A stretch of 64,000 nucleotides of DNA from Pseudomonadota bacterium (GCA_040755915.1 JBFLWM010000035.1:6362-70361), one strand, 5' to 3'. Shown: positions 21,292 through 30,925, counted from the stretch's first letter. Numbers and translations are program-made. Notes: a model not told the origin generated them from the letters alone.

Positions 21292-24200
21292 ATGGAAAAG
21301 CCCAGCCTTCTTCGCCGCCTGCGCCGTGCGCTGTGGTTTGCCACGGCCGGCGTGGTGATCCTGGTGGCGGTGCTGCTGACCCTGACGCGCCTGCTGCTGC
21401 CGGGGCTGGAGGGGTATCGCAGCCAGGTGGAGGCACAGGCCGGTGCCGCGCTGGGGCAACCGGTGCGCATCACCACCCTGAGCTCGCGCCTGCACGGTCT
21501 GCGTCCGCTGGTGGTACTGGAAGGGGTGGAACTGCTCGATGCCGCCGCGCAGACGCCGGTGGCGCGCCTCGGCGAGGTGGCCATCGGCATCGATGTGCTG
21601 GCCAGCCTGCGGCGCATGCAGCCGGTGATGGCCTCTCTTGCGGTGAGCGGCGCCGAACTGACCGTCGTGCGCCAGGCCGACGGCCGCATCGCCGTGCAGG
21701 GTCTGGTCAGCCAGGGGGAGGCGGCGGCGGATGCCACCGGCCTGGGGCGTTGGCTGTTGTCCCAGGGGCGGCTGGCCCTGCAGGACAGCCGCCTGCACTG
21801 GGATGACCGCAAGACGGGCCATCGCCTCGACTTCGCGCGCGTGGATGTCACGCTCCACAACCGTGACGCGCGTCACCAGCTCAATGTCGATATCGCCCTG
21901 CCGCCCGGCGCCGGCCGCGACCTGCGGCTGCACCTCGATCTGGAAGGGGACATCCTGCAACCCGGTGCCTGGAGCGGGCACGGTCATATCCAGGGCCGCG
22001 GCCTGCGTCCGGTCCCCTGGCTGGAGGAGTGGGGGCCCCTGGCCGGCATCTCCCTGCAGCAGGGCGTGTTCGACTTCCAGGTGTGGGGCGAGTGGGCGGC
22101 GGGCCGCCTGGTGCGCGTCAATGGTGAACTCGACGCGCAGCAGTTGCAGCTGGCAGCGGCCGGAGGCAGCCTGGAACTGGCCGCCGTCGGGGGCCAGGCG
22201 CAGTGGGAACGTGATGCGGCGGGCTGGGAGCTGCGGCTGCAGGAACTGCGCCTGGCGCCGCGGCAGGATGATCGCACCGAGCCGGCGCAGCTGCGTGTGC
22301 GGCATGCGGGCGGCTGGGACGTGCAGCTGGCCGCCTTGCAGCTGGAGGATGTAGCGGCGCTCGTTCCCCTGCTGCCGGGACTGGATGAGGAGATGCGCGC
22401 GGCCCTGCATGCCCTGCAACCGCGCGGCCGGCTGCGCGAGCTGCGGCTGGTGCTGGCGGAGAACGGTAGTCTGGAACATCTCCAGGGGGCGCTGGAGCAG
22501 GGTGCCATCGCGCCCTGGCAGCGTCTGCCCGGCGTGCGCGGCCTGCAGGCGGAATGGGTATGGGACGGCAGCAGCGGCCACGTGCGCCTCGATGGTCGCG
22601 ACGGCATGCTGGAGCTGCCGCAGCTGTTCCGTGAGCCGTTGCCCCTGCAGCAACTGCAGGGCGAGATCGGCCTGTCGCGGGATGGCGGCGGCTGGCGTGT
22701 CGCCGTCAATGGCATGCGTGTGGCCAATGCCGATATCCATGCGGCCGTTGATGCCGCCATCCTCCTGCCTTCCCATGACCTGCCCTACCTCGATCTGCGC
22801 GGCGTGTTCTGGAACGGCCGTGCCGTGGCCACGCCGCGCTACCTGCCGGCGGCGATCATGGGCACCGAGGCGCTGGCCTGGCTGGATGCCGCGTTCCATG
22901 ACGGCCGCGTCACTCAGGGCAGCGTGCTGTTCCATGGCCCCCTGCACGCCTTTCCCTTCGATGGTCAGGAAGGTCGCTTCGAGGTGGATTTCGGCGTTGA
23001 AGGTGCCGAGCTGTTCCTGCGTCCCGGCTGGCCCAGCCTGCGCCAGACCGATGCCCGTGTGCGCTTCCACAACCGCGGCATGATCATCGATGCCGGCAGC
23101 GGCCGCATGTACGACAGCGCCATCGGTCCGACTACGGTGGCCATTGCCGACCTGCACTCGCCGTTATTGAGCGTGCGCGGGACGGCGCAACTGAACGGTG
23201 ACGACGCCATTCGCCTGCTGCGTGACACGCCGCTGCGTGAACATGTGGGTGAATACGTCTCCGCCCTGCGCCTGGAGGGACAGAGCGCCCTGGAACTGGC
23301 CTTCGACCTGCCGCTGCAGACGGCAATGGCCGCCAGTCAGCCGTTCCGCCTCGACGGGGCGGTGACGCTGCAGGACAACCGCCTGTGGCTGGAGGAGCGC
23401 TTTGCCATCGAGGCGATCAGCGGCCGGCTGGCCTTCAGCGAAACCGGCCTGCAGGCGGAGGCCCTGCAGATGCGCCTGCTGGAGGCGCCGGCCAGCATCA
23501 CCATCTACGGCGAGGGAGAGGGCGACAGCGCCCGCACGGTATTCGCCGGCCGCGGTACGCTGGCTCCGGCGGGCTTGCGCCAGCTGGTTGATACCCCGCT
23601 GTTCGATCATCTGCACGGCAGCGCCCCCTGGCAGGCCACCCTGACCGTTCCCCATGGCGGTGGTGATGAGGGGGCCGCGTTGCGTGTCTACTCGGACCTG
23701 CACGGCATGGAGCTGGCCCTGCCGCATCCCCTGGCCAGGGCGGCGGAGGACGGGCCGGCACTGGAGCTGGTGCATCATTTCTCCGGCCCGCGGCGCGGCC
23801 AGCTGCGCCTGGGTTACGGCGAGGTGCTGACGGCGCGGCTGGCGCTGGACGGCACCGGCCGCGTGCAGCGCGGGGCGCTGCATTTCGGTCCCGGCAAGGC
23901 GGTATTGCCGACGGAGAAGGAACTGCACGTCAGCGGCAGCCTGCGCGAACTGGATCTGGGGCGCTGGCGCCAGGTGCTCGGCAGCGGCGGCACGGGCGGC
24001 ACCCTGCCGTTGCACCTGGAGATGGAGGAACTGCACCTGCTGGCAGCGGCGGGCGAGGGTACGCCGGCGGCACCCGGCGGCGAGTTGCCACCGTTGCAGG
24101 TGCAGATACAGCGCTTCGCCTACGGTGACCTGCAGCTCGGCCAGCTCGGCTTTGCCCTGCGCAGCAGTCGCGCGGCGGTGCACGTGAGCGACCTGTCGGT

Positions 24201-24912
24201 GCAGGGGCCGGCCCTGCAACTGAGCGGGCAGGCGCGCTGGCAATTGCGGCCACGCTCCTACAGCGAGGTGAGGCTGCAGCTGGCATCGCCGGATGTGGGG
24301 CAGATGCTCCAGGACCTGCAGGTGGCCAGCGTCATCACCCGTGGCACTGCCCAGGCCGATATCGAGCTCAACTGGCCCGGCCGGCTGAACGAGCTGGACC
24401 TGGCACGGCTGGACGGGCGCCTGCATGTGCGCATCGAGGACGGCAAGCTGGACGAGGTCAGTCCCGGTGCCGGCCGCCTGCTGGGCCTGCTCAGCCTGCA
24501 GGCCCTGCCGCGCCGCCTGATCCTGGACTTCCGCGACCTGTTCCAGAAGGGGCTGGCGTTCGACAGCATCGAGGGTGATATCAGTATCCATGCCGGCGAT
24601 GCGCATACCTCCAATATGGTGATGGATTCCGCCGCGGCGGTGGTGCGCATCGAGGGACGCACCGGCCTGGTGGCGCGCGACTACGATCAGCGCATCACCG
24701 TGGTGCCCAACCTGTCCGGCACCGCGCCGGTGGTCGGTACCCTGGCCTTCGGGCCGCAGGTGGGAGCGGTGATGCTGCTGTTCCAGCGCCTGTTGCACAA
24801 GAACGTCGACGAGGCGGCGCGCACCGAATACCGCGTTACCGGCTCATGGGATCAGCCGCTGGTGGAAAAGGTGGAACCGCCGCCTGTGGCACCGGCCGAG
24901 GGTGCGTCGTAA
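21292..24912 (+). CDS. yhdP: YhdP/AsmA2-family large envelope protein
   Basis: About 1206 aa. N-terminal TM anchor LWFATAGVVILVAVLLTL, then a long beta-rich body. The position after rng matches E. coli and Pseudomonas. I chose ATG 21292; the track ORF starts at 21211. Confidence 0.8.
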   Translation: MEKPSLLRRLRRALWFATAGVVILVAVLLTLTRLLLPGLEGYRSQVEAQAGAALGQPVRITTLSSRLHGLRPLVVLEGVELLDAAAQTPVARLGEVAIGIDVLASLRRMQPVMASLAVSGAELTVVRQADGRIAVQGLVSQGEAAADATGLGRWLLSQGRLALQDSRLHWDDRKTGHRLDFARVDVTLHNRDARHQLNVDIALPPGAGRDLRLHLDLEGDILQPGAWSGHGHIQGRGLRPVPWLEEWGPLAGISLQQGVFDFQVWGEWAAGRLVRVNGELDAQQLQLAAAGGSLELAAVGGQAQWERDAAGWELRLQELRLAPRQDDRTEPAQLRVRHAGGWDVQLAALQLEDVAALVPLLPGLDEEMRAALHALQPRGRLRELRLVLAENGSLEHLQGALEQGAIAPWQRLPGVRGLQAEWVWDGSSGHVRLDGRDGMLELPQLFREPLPLQQLQGEIGLSRDGGGWRVAVNGMRVANADIHAAVDAAILLPSHDLPYLDLRGVFWNGRAVATPRYLPAAIMGTEALAWLDAAFHDGRVTQGSVLFHGPLHAFPFDGQEGRFEVDFGVEGAELFLRPGWPSLRQTDARVRFHNRGMIIDAGSGRMYDSAIGPTTVAIADLHSPLLSVRGTAQLNGDDAIRLLRDTPLREHVGEYVSALRLEGQSALELAFDLPLQTAMAASQPFRLDGAVTLQDNRLWLEERFAIEAISGRLAFSETGLQAEALQMRLLEAPASITIYGEGEGDSARTVFAGRGTLAPAGLRQLVDTPLFDHLHGSAPWQATLTVPHGGGDEGAALRVYSDLHGMELALPHPLARAAEDGPALELVHHFSGPRRGQLRLGYGEVLTARLALDGTGRVQRGALHFGPGKAVLPTEKELHVSGSLRELDLGRWRQVLGSGGTGGTLPLHLEMEELHLLAAAGEGTPAAPGGELPPLQVQIQRFAYGDLQLGQLGFALRSSRAAVHVSDLSVQGPALQLSGQARWQLRPRSYSEVRLQLASPDVGQMLQDLQVASVITRGTAQADIELNWPGRLNELDLARLDGRLHVRIEDGKLDEVSPGAGRLLGLLSLQALPRRLILDFRDLFQKGLAFDSIEGDISIHAGDAHTSNMVMDSAAAVVRIEGRTGLVARDYDQRITVVPNLSGTAPVVGTLAFGPQVGAVMLLFQRLLHKNVDEAARTEYRVTGSWDQPLVEKVEPPPVAPAEGAS

Positions 24913-24940
24913 GCGGATGGAAAATGGTATTCTGCAACGC

Positions 24941-25273
24941 ATGAAGCGCGTGATGTGGACAGCGGTGTGGTTGCTGATGGCCGGTGGTGTGACGGCGGCT
25001 GAACCGCTGTTCGTCACCGCCGCCGAATGGGCACAGCCGCGCACCGGCACGGCGCTGTTGCAGCACCCGGCCCTGGCGCGGGCGATGGCCGAACTGCACG
25101 ATGGCCAGACCTTGCAGTTGCTCTATCCCGGCGGGGATGAGGGCAGCCTGTGGGCGCGCGAGCTGCAGGCCTGGCTGGTGGCCCTGGGACTGTCGTCGCA
25201 GCGCATCGAACTGCTGCCCGGCAGCCGGCGCCAGGACGCCATCGAGCTGCGTGTCAGCGGCGTGGCGCAATAA
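24941..25273 (+). CDS. Hypothetical small secreted protein
   Basis: Signal-peptide-like N-terminus MKRVMWTAVWLLMAGGVTAAEP. I recognise no motif. Coding is likely because the codon bias matches its neighbours and it fills the yhdP to C-N hydrolase gap. Confidence 0.45.
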   Translation: MKRVMWTAVWLLMAGGVTAAEPLFVTAAEWAQPRTGTALLQHPALARAMAELHDGQTLQLLYPGGDEGSLWARELQAWLVALGLSSQRIELLPGSRRQDAIELRVSGVAQ

Positions 25274-25308
25274 CGAAGAATTCATATAACGACCAAGGAG
25301 AACGCAGC

Positions 25309-26133
25309 GTGACTCGTGTGGCAGCCGTCCAGATGGCCTCCGGCCCCAATATCAGCGCCAATCTCGCCGAGGCCGAGCGCCTCATCGCCAAGGCCGCGGC
25401 CGCCGGCGCGCGTCTGGTGGTGCTGCCGGAAAATTTCGCCCTGATGTGCATGCACGAGTTCGACAAGGTCAAGGTGCGCGAGGCGGACGGCAAGGGGCAG
25501 ATCCAGGATTTCCTCGCCCGTACCGCGGCGCGCTACGGCATCTGGCTGGTGGGCGGCACGGTGCCGCTGGTGGCCGATGACGCCAACAAGGTGCGCGCCG
25601 CCTGCCTGCTGTTCAACGACAAGGGACAGCGTGTCGCGCGCTATGACAAGGTGCACCTGTTCGACGTGCACCTGGAGGAGAGCAACGAAGACTATGCCGA
25701 GTCGCGCACCATCGAACCGGGCAACAACGTGGTGGTGGTGGACACGCCGTTCGGCCGTCTCGGCCTCGCCGTCTGTTACGACCTGCGCTTCCCCGAGCTG
25801 TTCCGCCGCATGGTGCAGGAGAACGTCGAGATCATCGCCCTGCCGTCCGCCTTCACTGCCATCACCGGCAAGGCGCACTGGGAACCGCTGATCCGCGCCC
25901 GCGCCATCGAGAACCTGAGCTTCATCATCGCCTCGGCCCAGGGTGGCTATCATGCCAACGGCCGCGAGACCCATGGTGATTCGATGATCGTCGACCCGTG
26001 GGGCGTGGTGATGGATCGCCTGCCGCGCGGCTCCGGTTTCGTCATGGCCGACATCGAGCGCTCGCGTCTGGCGGCGATCCGCCGTAACTTTCCTGCGCTG
26101 GATCACCGGCGTCTGCCTTGCACCCTGCCCTGA
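25309..26133 (+). CDS. Carbon-nitrogen hydrolase family protein (nitrilase/omega-amidase-like)
   Basis: Glu-Lys-Cys triad contexts VVLPENF, RYDKVHLF and LAVCYDLRFPE. GTG 25309 lies 8 nt after AAGGAG. Confidence 0.85.
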   Translation: MTRVAAVQMASGPNISANLAEAERLIAKAAAAGARLVVLPENFALMCMHEFDKVKVREADGKGQIQDFLARTAARYGIWLVGGTVPLVADDANKVRAACLLFNDKGQRVARYDKVHLFDVHLEESNEDYAESRTIEPGNNVVVVDTPFGRLGLAVCYDLRFPELFRRMVQENVEIIALPSAFTAITGKAHWEPLIRARAIENLSFIIASAQGGYHANGRETHGDSMIVDPWGVVMDRLPRGSGFVMADIERSRLAAIRRNFPALDHRRLPCTLP

Positions 26134-26308
26134 AACCGCCGCGGTCCGATGGCTGCCGGCAGTGGGCCTCTGCTGCCGGGCTGCAGCGGTCTCCGTCCTT
26201 GCTGTTCTAATTATATAAGTACTGGTTCTTTCTCTTGTGGCGCCTCCCTGGCGTAGTATCTCGCCCCGGTAACCATCAGAAGTACCGGGTCAACCGCGAG
26301 GAGCCACC

Positions 26309-26791
26309 ATGCAGACTGCCCGTTCCTATCTCCCCGTCGCCGCCGTCGATGTGTGCGGCCATCCCTGCCCGGCGCCGATAATTGCGACGAGGCACCAGGC
26401 GCGCAACATCGCTGCCGGCGACATTTTGCTGCTGGTAGCCGACTGCATGCGCACTACCGATGAGCTGGCCACATGGGCGCGCGCCACCGGTAATGAACTG
26501 CTGCATGTGGAAGCAATGGGTGAAACGCGCCGGGGTTATTACATTCGCAAGGGACTCCGCCGCGCCACCCGGCAAGTGGTGGATACCCGTGGCAGCCGCT
26601 GCCCGACGCCGGTGGTGGAGGCGGGGCGTGCGCTGCGCGGCCTGCAATCCGGTGATGTGATCCGACTGATCAGCGATTGCCCCAGTGCGCGCAAAGACAT
26701 CGATGCCTGGATTGGCAGCACCGGTCATATCCTGCTGGATGCGGTGAGGAATCTGCACGGCGAGTTGCATTGCCACGTGCAGAAACTCTGA
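26309..26791 (+). CDS. Tandem TusA/SirA-like sulfur-carrier domain protein
   Basis: 160 aa with two roughly 70-aa repeats. Each has the TusA Cys-Pro-x-Pro motif in the usual context: VDVCGHPCPAPI and VDTRGSRCPTPV. Confidence 0.75.
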   Translation: MQTARSYLPVAAVDVCGHPCPAPIIATRHQARNIAAGDILLLVADCMRTTDELATWARATGNELLHVEAMGETRRGYYIRKGLRRATRQVVDTRGSRCPTPVVEAGRALRGLQSGDVIRLISDCPSARKDIDAWIGSTGHILLDAVRNLHGELHCHVQKL

Positions 26792-26848
26792 TGTAGCAGT
26801 TTCATGTCCCCCCCTCGGCGTCAGCTCTCCTTAGTTGCGCAACTTGTA

Positions 26849-26877
26849 CAGCAACCCTCGGGTTGCTGTTTTTTTTT
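26849..26877 (+). terminator. Intrinsic terminator after the tandem-TusA gene
   Basis: Stem CAGCAACC/GGTTGCTG with loop CTCG, followed by T9. It is preceded by the perfect 12-nt palindrome AGTTGCGCAACT (26833-26844) and lies between convergent genes. Confidence 0.75.
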
Positions 26878-26895
26878 GTGGCCGCCGGTGGCGGC

Positions 26896-28833
26896 TCACA
26901 GCTGCAGGCGCGTGGTGACCTCCAGCTCCACCTCGCGGCCCCAGCGATCGCTCAACAGCTGCTTCAAGGCCCTCAGGTCGTCGAGCTCGACGGGCTGGCG
27001 GGCGCTGACGTCGGCGCGCAGCAGCACCTTGTCGCGCTGGATCGCCACCTGCAGCTGATTGAGGTGCAGCTGCTTGCCGTGCACCTGGAACACGGCGCCG
27101 GCGGCATCGCTCTCGATGCTCCAGTGGCTGTAGATGTTATGGAACGAGACGGTGAGCGGCACGCTCACCACGGCGAGCAGCAGCAGCGAGATGGCCAGCC
27201 CGCGCCGCGCCTTGAGGATTGGCGCGTAGCCCAGCACCAGGAAGGTGAGTGCCGCGGCGAGGGCGATGCCCACCAGGTTGGTGAGAAACAGCAGCAGGGC
27301 GCCGCTGATGATGTGCAGGTCCATCCAGCCGATGCCGATGCCGGCCACGCACAGCGGCGGGGCCAGTGCCACGGCGATGGCCACGCCGGGCAGGCTCTTC
27401 ATCACGCTCTCGCGCGCATGGGCATAGGCACCGGCGATGCCGGCGGCGATGGCCACGCCGAGGTCGAGCAGATTGGGATTGAGGCGGCCGGCCATCTCCG
27501 GGGTGATCTTCTCGAACGGGATCAGCAGCGCGATGAGCGCCGCCGTGGCGAGGGCCAGCAGGGTGCCGATGCCGATGGTGGTCAGCGATGTGTCGAGCAG
27601 ATTGCGATCGCCGCGCAGCACACCCATGGCGAGGGAAATGATCGGCGCCATCAGCGGTGCCAGCACCATGGCACCGATGATCACCGCGGCGCTGGAGAGG
27701 AACAGGCCGAGGGTGGCGACGATGGCGCTTAGTACCATCAGCAGCAGGAAGTGCGCCGGGGCGCGCGCGCTCTCGCGCAGCTGCAGGAACAGCTCCTTGA
27801 AGTCCTCTTCCAGGGCGTGGGTGAACAGCGGCAGGCTGCGCTGGATCATCGCCACGCGTGCCTCGTTGGTGGGCAGGTTCTCGACCTTTACCGTGTCCTT
27901 GTCATCGGCCTGGATTTCATGCTGCTCGTGGTAGGCCGCACTCAGGTTGATGCGCACCGCCGCCTGCTGGATCTCCAGTTCGATGCTTTCCGCCAGGCGC
28001 CGCCGTCCATCGATGAAGTAGCGCAACGGGCGCGGACTTTCGATCTTCAGGTAACTGCTCTTGACATAGCTGATGGCGGTGGGCAGGCGGTTCACCTTCT
28101 GTTCGCCCCGTACCATGGCGGTGAACAGGAAGGCGAGGTACTCCATCACCGACTTCGGTGCGATGAGGATGGTGGACACCTTGCCGTCCTGCACCGAGAT
28201 GGTGGTGTTGAGCAAACGCGCAGCGGCGTTGCTGACGTCGTTCTCGATGGCCACCAGGCCGGTGATCGCGGTTGGAAAGGTCTTGTCCTTGCCGGTGGTG
28301 AGCTTCACCGGAAAGGGATGGATGGCGAACAGGTTGCGGAGGCTGTACAGCAGCAGGGTCAGGGTGTAGCGCAGGGCGCGCAGCCAGGAGCCGGTGCGTT
28401 CGCGGTAGATGCGGTTGCCGGTGCTGAGGAAGGGGGTCTCCCCCAGCATGACGGTGCCGAGGGCCAGCTCGTCGTTGCAGCGCAGCAGATCGATGGCCTG
28501 GGCGCCGTCGTCGAAGGCAAGGGCGAGCGCCTCATCGGCGTTGCGCGGCACGCGGAACCAGTCATACAGGCGGCTGCGCGGGTCGAGCGGCAGGATGCCG
28601 AGGGAAACGTTTTCGATGCGCACCCGTTGCAGCAGCGGTGCCAGCGCGGCGTCGTCCACCAGGGCCACCACATGGCTGCAGCCGTGCAGGCTGGCGGCGG
28701 GACGCTGCAGGAAGTCTTCAGTCGTGGCGCGCAGCAGGGTGATGCCCTGGGCGGCGGCGAAGGCAGTAACCGGCGCCATCTGCCCCTCGGCCGACTCCGG
28801 CGCTACCAGCAGGGCACGAGTGACCAGCGGCAT
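26896..28833 (-). CDS. Fusion protein: degenerate diacylglycerol-kinase-like N-terminal domain plus DUF389 (TIGR00341-type) membrane domain
   Basis: 645 aa. The N-terminal ~300 aa have a DAGK/YegS-like layout, but VVALVDDAAL replaces the GGDGT loop and GILPLDPRSRL replaces P-x-G-T-G-N-D-F. Residues ~345-560 carry DUF389-like helices (GAMVLAPLMAPI, GVAIAVALAPPL). Confidence 0.8.
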   Translation of the reverse strand: MPLVTRALLVAPESAEGQMAPVTAFAAAQGITLLRATTEDFLQRPAASLHGCSHVVALVDDAALAPLLQRVRIENVSLGILPLDPRSRLYDWFRVPRNADEALALAFDDGAQAIDLLRCNDELALGTVMLGETPFLSTGNRIYRERTGSWLRALRYTLTLLLYSLRNLFAIHPFPVKLTTGKDKTFPTAITGLVAIENDVSNAAARLLNTTISVQDGKVSTILIAPKSVMEYLAFLFTAMVRGEQKVNRLPTAISYVKSSYLKIESPRPLRYFIDGRRRLAESIELEIQQAAVRINLSAAYHEQHEIQADDKDTVKVENLPTNEARVAMIQRSLPLFTHALEEDFKELFLQLRESARAPAHFLLLMVLSAIVATLGLFLSSAAVIIGAMVLAPLMAPIISLAMGVLRGDRNLLDTSLTTIGIGTLLALATAALIALLIPFEKITPEMAGRLNPNLLDLGVAIAAGIAGAYAHARESVMKSLPGVAIAVALAPPLCVAGIGIGWMDLHIISGALLLFLTNLVGIALAAALTFLVLGYAPILKARRGLAISLLLLAVVSVPLTVSFHNIYSHWSIESDAAGAVFQVHGKQLHLNQLQVAIQRDKVLLRADVSARQPVELDDLRALKQLLSDRWGREVELEVTTRLQL

Positions 28834-28912
28834 GAACGACCTCCCTTCGTCCCCGGACCTGACGGCGGGTGACGGCTGTGCAATGACGCCACGATGGCGT
28901 CGCCTGTTTGTC

Positions 28913-29419
28913 TCAGCCGATCAGTTCGCGCAGGGCGCGGAACAGCTCGCGCGCGCTCTTCGGCGGCTTGCCCTGCGCCTGCTCGGTCTGGGCGGCGCGC
29001 ATCAGCTGGCGCAGCTGCTGACGATCCGCATGGGGAAATTCGTCCAGCAACGGTGCCAGTGCGGCATCGCCTTCGGCGATGAGGCGGTCGCGCCAGCGTT
29101 CGCATTGGTGATGGTGCGCCACGGTGAGGGCGTGCCGGCCCTGGAGGCGCTCCAGGGCTTCGCGTATCGGCGCATCATCTTCCTGCCGCAGCAGCTTGCC
29201 CAGATACTTGAGCTGGCGCTTGCGCGCACCGTGGGCGGTGATGCCGCGTGTTTCCCTCACCGCAGCGAGCACCTCTTCCGACAGCGGGATCTCGGCCAGT
29301 TGTGCCGCCGCCAGCTCTACCAGTGCGGCACCGAGGTCGACCAGTTCGTGGGCGTCGCGTTTGAGCTGGCTCTTGCTGGGACCGAGGTCCGTGTCGTCGA
29401 AGTCGTCGTGCTGTTTCAT
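28913..29419 (-). CDS. yjgA: Ribosome-associated protein YjgA/DarP (DUF615)
   Basis: 168 aa from ATG 29419. The acidic N-terminus followed by SKSQLKRDAHELVDLG is typical of the family. Confidence 0.85.
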   Translation of the reverse strand: MKQHDDFDDTDLGPSKSQLKRDAHELVDLGAALVELAAAQLAEIPLSEEVLAAVRETRGITAHGARKRQLKYLGKLLRQEDDAPIREALERLQGRHALTVAHHHQCERWRDRLIAEGDAALAPLLDEFPHADRQQLRQLMRAAQTEQAQGKPPKSARELFRALRELIG

Positions 29420-29420
29420 G

Positions 29421-30779
29421 TCAGATGAGGAACACCGTGGCGAGGCCAAGGAAGGAGAGGAATCCGACCACGTCGGTCACGGTGGTGAGGATCACCGGTC
29501 CGGCCAGGGCCGGGTCCATGCCGAGGCGGCGCAGCAGATGGGGCAGGGTGGCGCCGGTGGCCGCGGCCGCGGCGAGGTTGATGACGATCGCTGCCCCGAT
29601 GACGGCGCCGATGCCGTTGTTCTGGAACCACAGCATGGCCGTGGCCGCGATAATGATGGCCCACAGCAGACCGTTGAGCAGGCCGACCGCCAGTTCCTTG
29701 TTGAGCAGGCGGCGCGCATTGCTGGTGCCGACGCGTCCCTGGGCCATGCCGCGGATCACCAGGGTCAGGGTCTGGCTGCCGGCGATGCCGCCCATGCTGG
29801 CGACGATGGGCATCAGTACCGCCAGCGCCACCAGTTGTTCGATGGTGGCGTTGAACATGTCGATCACCGAGGAGGCGAGCAGGGCGGTGAGCAGGTTGAT
29901 GCCGAGCCACACGGCGCGGCGGCGGATGGTGGTCACCGCCGGGGCGAACAGATCCTCCTCCTCCGACAGGCCGGCCATGGACAGCACCGAGTGATCGGCC
30001 TCGTCACGGATGACGTCCACCACGTCGTCGATGGTGATACGCCCGAGCAGCTTGCCGTCGTCACTGACCACCGGGGCGGAAATGAGGTCGCGGTGTTCGA
30101 ACAGGGTGGCAACCTCGTTGACCGGTGTGGCGGCGTTGATGCCATCGACGTCACGGATCATCACCTCGGCGACGGACAGATCGGGATTGCGCGTGAGCAG
30201 GTCGGTGAGGGACAGCAGGCCGAGGTACCTGCCCTCGCGATCCACCACCATCAGGCTGTCGGTGGTTTCCGGGATCTCGCCGTGCCAGCGCAGGTAGCGC
30301 AGCACCACGTCCAGGGTGATGTCCTCGCGCACCGTGATGGTGTCGACGTTCATCAGACCGCCGGCGGTGTCTTCCGGATAGGACAGCACGGCCTCCAGGC
30401 GCTGGCGGTGCTGGGCGTCCATGGTGTTGAGGATCTGCTGGATCACCTCGTCCGGCATTTCCGCCAGCAGGTCGGCGAGGTCGTCGGTATCCAGCCCCTC
30501 GGTTGCCGCCACCAGTTCGTGTGATGCCATTTCCCGGATCAGGCTGGCGCGCACCTCGTCGTTGACGTAGGTGAGCACCTCGCCGTCCAGCTCCGGGCTG
30601 ACCAGCTCCCAGACGGTGATGCGTTCCGGCCCCGGCAGCGATTCCAGCAGCACGGCGATCTCCGCCGGGTACATCTCGTTGATCAGTCCCTGCGCCTGCG
30701 ACAGGTGATCCTCCGCCAGCGCGTCACGCAGCGCCTGCAGGCGGTCGGTGCCCTTGTCCTGTTCGATGGCGTCGGTCAT
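29421..30779 (-). CDS. mgtE: Magnesium transporter MgtE
   Basis: MgtE N-domain, a CBS pair and a C-terminal 5-TM domain (…GNAAILRGG-type helices, DVVGFLSFLGLATVFL). I chose ATG 30779; the track ORF starts at 30836. Confidence 0.93.
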   Translation of the reverse strand: MTDAIEQDKGTDRLQALRDALAEDHLSQAQGLINEMYPAEIAVLLESLPGPERITVWELVSPELDGEVLTYVNDEVRASLIREMASHELVAATEGLDTDDLADLLAEMPDEVIQQILNTMDAQHRQRLEAVLSYPEDTAGGLMNVDTITVREDITLDVVLRYLRWHGEIPETTDSLMVVDREGRYLGLLSLTDLLTRNPDLSVAEVMIRDVDGINAATPVNEVATLFEHRDLISAPVVSDDGKLLGRITIDDVVDVIRDEADHSVLSMAGLSEEEDLFAPAVTTIRRRAVWLGINLLTALLASSVIDMFNATIEQLVALAVLMPIVASMGGIAGSQTLTLVIRGMAQGRVGTSNARRLLNKELAVGLLNGLLWAIIIAATAMLWFQNNGIGAVIGAAIVINLAAAAATGATLPHLLRRLGMDPALAGPVILTTVTDVVGFLSFLGLATVFLI

Positions 30780-30897
30780 TGTTCGGGAAAAAATAACGGG
30801 AATCGGCGCGCAAAGTGTACCAAGCGGGGACGGCAAAGGGAAAAGAGAAACGATGAAAGATTTGTGATGCGGCGCGGATTCTGCAGCGCGTTAGCGC

Positions 30898-30925
30898 AGT
30901 ATGGACCTGCCCGGCGCAGGGTCAA
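30898..30925 (-). promoter_or_regulatory. Candidate sigma70 promoter for mgtE, overlapping the ptsI stop codon
   Basis: The minus strand reads TTGACC - 16 nt - CATACT. It lies about 115 nt upstream of the mgtE ATG. This is pattern match only. Confidence 0.3.

Noticed and set aside
30780-30921. Possible M-box (Mg2+) riboswitch in the mgtE leader
   Set aside because: I could not find the conserved M-box core segments or the multi-helix architecture in either reading. The leader is also shorter than a typical M-box. Only a weak promoter-like match is reported.
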